Assembly: GCA_965603825.1 (NCBI GenBank)
Contig: CBFDEM010000054.1
Location: 372,001-436,000, forward strand
Origin: Blepharisma stoltei ATCC 30299
Lineage: Eukaryota > Protista > Ciliophora
DNA: 64,000 nucleotides
Direction: 5' to 3'
Of this stretch, positions 60,101 through 64,000 are shown one piece after another. A program made the position numbers and the translations under genes. A model generated the notes under the pieces. The model had not been told where the DNA came from. It saw only the letters and a program-made list of their open reading frames with translations, and did not search any database. How positions within the stretch are numbered: position 1 is the first letter of the stretch; each line of letters starts with the position of its first letter.

Positions 60101-62227
60101 TGGGAACTTGGGGGAACTGCATGGGTAGCTGGAGATGTGCCGAGCTCTATAAGACTTGAGCTAGGATATTACTTAAAAGGAAGGCACTCCAAAGAAATTC
60201 TCGTAGGGAGCATGATTTTTTCAGATTTTATCGCAGGAAAATCATTTACAGATAACACAGTTTATTCGTTTACTTTTAAATTTTCAGCATTATCATGGAT
60301 AGATACATTTGATTATAACGGATTTGCAGCTAATGAATATGTATGGCTGCTGTTTTTGGCCACACTAGGCGTTCTCTCTTCTATTTCTGTGCTCTTACTA
60401 TTACCATCACTAATATGATGTCCAGCATCTCGCAAAAATCGTGGAATTATATATATAAAACAGCAAATATTAAACTCGCTGGCTGGGTTTGCTGTGATTG
60501 CAGCCCCGCTGTCTATAGAGATGTTTGGGCTATGGTCGTTTTTTGTATGGGGAGGAGTTTTGAACTATGAACTCGGCAGTTTTCAAGATAAAATTCCTAT
60601 CACAAATTCAGATGATGATCGAATTACAACTTACCAAGCAGGGAGACTTGGAACTTGCTTTATATTGCTAGGACTTGCACTTGTTAAATGGGGAACCGAT
60701 TTTTTAGTTCCTCCAAATATCCAAACAGGCTTTTCTTATCAAGAAGAAATACAGAAATACAAAGAAGTCGAAGAACTATCAAGAAGACAAGGACAAATTG
60801 TTGGCTACACTGTCCTTACAGCTATTATTGGGGTAATTTTAGTTTCTATCTCAGACAGTCCAGTTTTTCAAAATTATTATTTTTTAATACTCCCTGCTTT
60901 AAAAATAGTCGAATATTTGTTTGGGCTAATGGCTTTGAGAAGCGTAAAAGAGCAGCTTTATTCAATGCCAATTAGGCTTGGAATGAAAATCTCAATCTAC
61001 ACTATGATGCTTGGTCTTGATAAGCTTTCTGAAATGATAATAGCATTTGTAATCATTTTTGTGATGAGAATACTTGAAGAAAGCATTTTTGTTAAATATC
61101 ACCATATGTACATACTAAGTTTTATAAGCAAAGGGTTTGAGAAAAGTAGCGAATTAAGACCAAAAGATAAAAGGTCAAGAAGGAAGTATATTAACGCGAT
61201 AGCAGAAGTAGGCGACAAATGTATGAATATTATGAATTCCTGGATATTCCCATATTCTGTTTTGTTTATATATGCGTTTTACCAGTTTACTGCTTATTCT
61301 ATGATACAAATCCACTACCTTTATTTTTTTATTTTTGTTATGTTTTTTGCAGCCTTGGAGCCAGTAATACAGATCTTGATTAATTATTTGAGAATTTTAT
61401 CAGATAGAACATATTTTTGTCCTGACATACATGAATATGCTGATGTCAATTTTAGGCAAAGGATGTCCACTTGGTCTTTAAGCTTGATAAAAATCCATGA
61501 CGAATCCTTAGATCTGTCTAAGCAAGTAGAAAAATTATTCTGCACTGGGTTTAGTGGCCAATTGTATATAATTCTTGCTATTTTTAGCCTTGGTATTTTC
61601 ATGTTTACTATTGGGCTTAAATTTATAAGTTTCAACAGTTTTTCTCCATTTCTTGACTACTGGATGTTCTTATATGGATTATTTGCGTACGTCACAAGCT
61701 TTATCCTAAAGACTTTTGTTCATCAATTAGGAACCAGATTTGTCTGGAAAATATCCAAATTAAATAGACTCTACCAAAAGGATGCAAGAGGGGAAATCAT
61801 AAGATCAAGAGAAGATTATATTCAAGATAGATTTATGAAAGCCTCTTTGGACAATAATCTAAAAGAAGAATATACCGATCAAGAAATAGGAATTGGAGAA
61901 ACCAGTGAAGAGATCATTAAACTTATTAAGGATTGCTCAAATCGGTCATTAATAAGCTACAAAATAGGTGAGAGAATGAATAAATTTGATTTTATAAATA
62001 GAGTTGACAAGGAAAGAATTTTTGGCAGCTTTATGAGAAGAGCAGATGCATTTTCATCAGCCTTTTTGAGAGATAGAATTAACAATGTCTCAGATCCAGT
62101 TTATAAGATCTCATTGATAACAGCTCAAAGGTTAAAAGAAAACAAAAGCCTCCCTAAGTTTCCTGTAGAGTTAGTATATGATTGGAAACAAGCAGACGAT
62201 TATAGCAATCAAGAAATATTAACATAA
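51182..62227 (+). CDS. Giant (~3680 aa) cell-surface protein: signal peptide, Ig/cadherin-like repeats, IPT-like segments, Cys-rich GCC2/GCC3-type repeats, multipass TM C-terminus
   Basis: All large + ORFs from 51737 to 62227 share the frame of ATG 51182 and are separated only by TGA in the gaps read. MKRLLFLCLIILKISW signal; PPDMTVDSSTGVISWTP repeats; many CPxGYYC units; about 10 hydrophobic helices. Confidence 0.85.
57020..59040 (+). repeat. Tandem Cys-rich CPxG(Y/F)YC protein repeats within the giant surface protein
   Basis: Roughly 25-30 recurring units such as CPAGYYCP, CPKGYKCP, CPIGYYC, CPPGYYC, CTPGYYCP. Confidence 0.85.
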
Positions 62228-62454
62228 TGCCTTCATATCTTTTCTCTGATCTTTGATAGAAAAATAATTTCTGTTCTCTATAAATAGTTAAAAATAGTCA
62301 GAGGAGTTTTTTTAATAAATGGATTGTTTAATCATCTTTGGGAGAAATAAATTAATGACGTTTTATTTTTGTCTGAGAGTAAAGAGAATTAAAAGACTTA
62401 TATCTGAGACGTTAATTATTAAAGGATTTTTAAATGAGATATAAATAGTAAGGA

Positions 62455-63000
62455 ATGCAGGAATATAAGATAATTAATGGAGTCAGAGGAAGAAATTTTA
62501 AGAGGTGCCAGCTTGAGCCAATAAAAACTAGACCAAGCTATAATTCCTACTTATCAGCACAAAACTCATCAAAGTTTTTTATGTATGACAGTCAAAGTTC
62601 TGATGAAATGGAAGGAAATGAAACAATAGCCCATGGAATCAAGGTTGTCATTAGAACTCCTACAGAGTTTTCTGTTAATTCTAGTTATAACGACTTGAGT
62701 TTGAAAAATCCTGCAAATTACTCAGTAAAGCATACTAGTAAAAGTCTTGAGAGATTTACAAATAATTTCAGCAGGATAAAAAAGGGAAAAATAATTTCGG
62801 TATATAGTCAAAAAAATCTAACAAAAGAAAATAAGATAAAATTGCCTCCAATCCACATAGAACATAATTTCCTCAAACACTCCAAAAGAGCAAAGAAAAA
62901 AACTTTAAAAGCTAGTGTTGTGAATATGCAAGAGTTATTTTCAGCTGCCTCAATGCAAAATCATAAAAGTAGGGGACATAATAACGAGATTTTTATGTAA
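62455..63000 (+). CDS. Hypothetical basic, low-complexity protein
   Basis: 181-aa ATG..TAA ORF flanked by very AT-rich spacers. No recognisable motif. Confidence 0.6.
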   Translation: MQEYKIINGVRGRNFKRCQLEPIKTRPSYNSYLSAQNSSKFFMYDSQSSDEMEGNETIAHGIKVVIRTPTEFSVNSSYNDLSLKNPANYSVKHTSKSLERFTNNFSRIKKGKIISVYSQKNLTKENKIKLPPIHIEHNFLKHSKRAKKKTLKASVVNMQELFSAASMQNHKSRGHNNEIFM

Positions 63001-63375
63001 TATTTTATAATTTTCTTTTACTTATGTGATATAAAAAATAAAAATTTTATAATATTTCCTATAAGGATATTTTCTTAAAACTCATTTCAGAATTAAATTA
63101 TGCAGCAAATTTCTTCTAATGCTAGTTTAACCTTTACATTTAATAATTTTATTTTTTTATTGAAAATACCGCGATTGCTTATATTGAAATCTGTACCATT
63201 ATAATTCTTTTAAAAATGTTTTTTAGTCCGTTTTTTTATTTAAATACTTGAGATAACAATATTCTTACTACTCAAGGTTTGAGCACCTTTCTGTTTCAAA
63301 TTGTTTATTTTATTATAAAATAACTGACTGAAAAATGAGTGTGAAACGTAATCTTATTAAATTATTAAATCCACC

Positions 63376-64000
63376 ATGCAGAACAACTTCCCAGCCCCTT
63401 TAGGTGAAATGGTAAACTTTAGAATCGACACCTCCAAACTTCAATCGAATTTAGATTATTTGCATAATTCAATTGCAAGCACGAAAAAAGATATTGACAA
63501 TGCGAACACTCATTTTCAATCAGATTTAGCTGGTATTCACTCAGAAATTGATGAATTGAAAAAGCTTGAACCGAAAGTTGCTAGTTTTAGCGATCATATT
63601 AATGAATCTGAAAATTTAAAGAGAAAAATTGATGCCTGAGATGACAGATTTAAGAGCTTAGACGAAAAGATCTTTAATGTCCAGTACGAGGCCAATGCAA
63701 ATTTAAAAGAATTATCAAATACGATAGAAATTACTATAAATAGTACCAAGAATGATTTGGAAAATACAATAAACGATATCAGGCAAGATTTTGAAGAATG
63801 TTTTTCAAAGCAGTTAGGATTAATAGAAAAAACAAATTCTGAAAAATTCGAAAGGCTAGAAAATATTCTCAACTATGAGCTTAAGAGGAGATGCACTCTA
63901 AAGAAAGTAAAAAAACTTATAAAAACAGAATTACTTAAAAATCCACAAACAGTGCAAAGTTCTATTATGAACAATAAAGAAAATGAAGAAGATGGGAAAA
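63376..64000 (+). CDS. Coiled-coil protein, 3'-partial
   Basis: ATG 63376. Frame continues through TGA 63637-63639 to the window end with heptad-rich sequence. Confidence 0.7.

Noticed and set aside
1-64000. Fragmented ORFs as widespread pseudogenes, or TGA as Sec/Cys, or a bacterial/mitochondrial code-4 genome
   Set aside because: The breaks are TGA at conserved Trp sites or tiny introns. The genes are nuclear eukaryotic (histone H3, IFT38, PHF5A, MED31) with spliceosomal introns.
1-64000. TAA/TAG = Gln (Tetrahymena/Paramecium/Condylostoma-type reassignment)
   Set aside because: The in-frame TAA/TAG I encountered all lie inside removable 15-nt introns or at expected C-termini (RPL21, RPS27, H3, PHF5A, RPB12).

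Overview
AT-rich, very gene-dense eukaryotic DNA that reads as a heterotrich ciliate macronuclear (somatic) genome of the Blepharisma type. The organism assignment is inference. In-frame TGA falls repeatedly on conserved Trp positions (UGA=Trp), TAA and TAG are the normal stops, and genes carry 15-16 nt GT..AG introns with an A at position 10. The supplied ORF track therefore fragments most genes. Re-reading with UGA=Trp gives about 35 protein genes. Recognisable ones include MED31, IFT38/CLUAP1, PHF5A, histone H3, RPL21, RPS27, RPB12, CFAP57, SERINC, a DYRK kinase, an ABCC transporter, TatD, cytochrome b5 reductase, a UBL-PI4K, a 7TM-RGS protein, two TBC RabGAPs, tandem pentapeptide-WD40 genes and an 11-kb Cys-rich multipass surface protein. 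There is also an intron-containing tRNA-Tyr and a WD40 pseudogene relic. Most notable: (1) one gene appears to use TGA as Trp three times and then as its stop, a candidate for context-dependent UGA; (2) an in-frame MED31-HIBCH-like fusion; (3) co-directional genes only 3 nt apart; (4) an MRH lectin domain split by about 450 aa; (5) a multi-HTH protein resembling transposase DNA-binding domains. No telomeres, intact transposons, rRNA or CRISPR were seen. All calls are by-eye motif recognition with no database searches.
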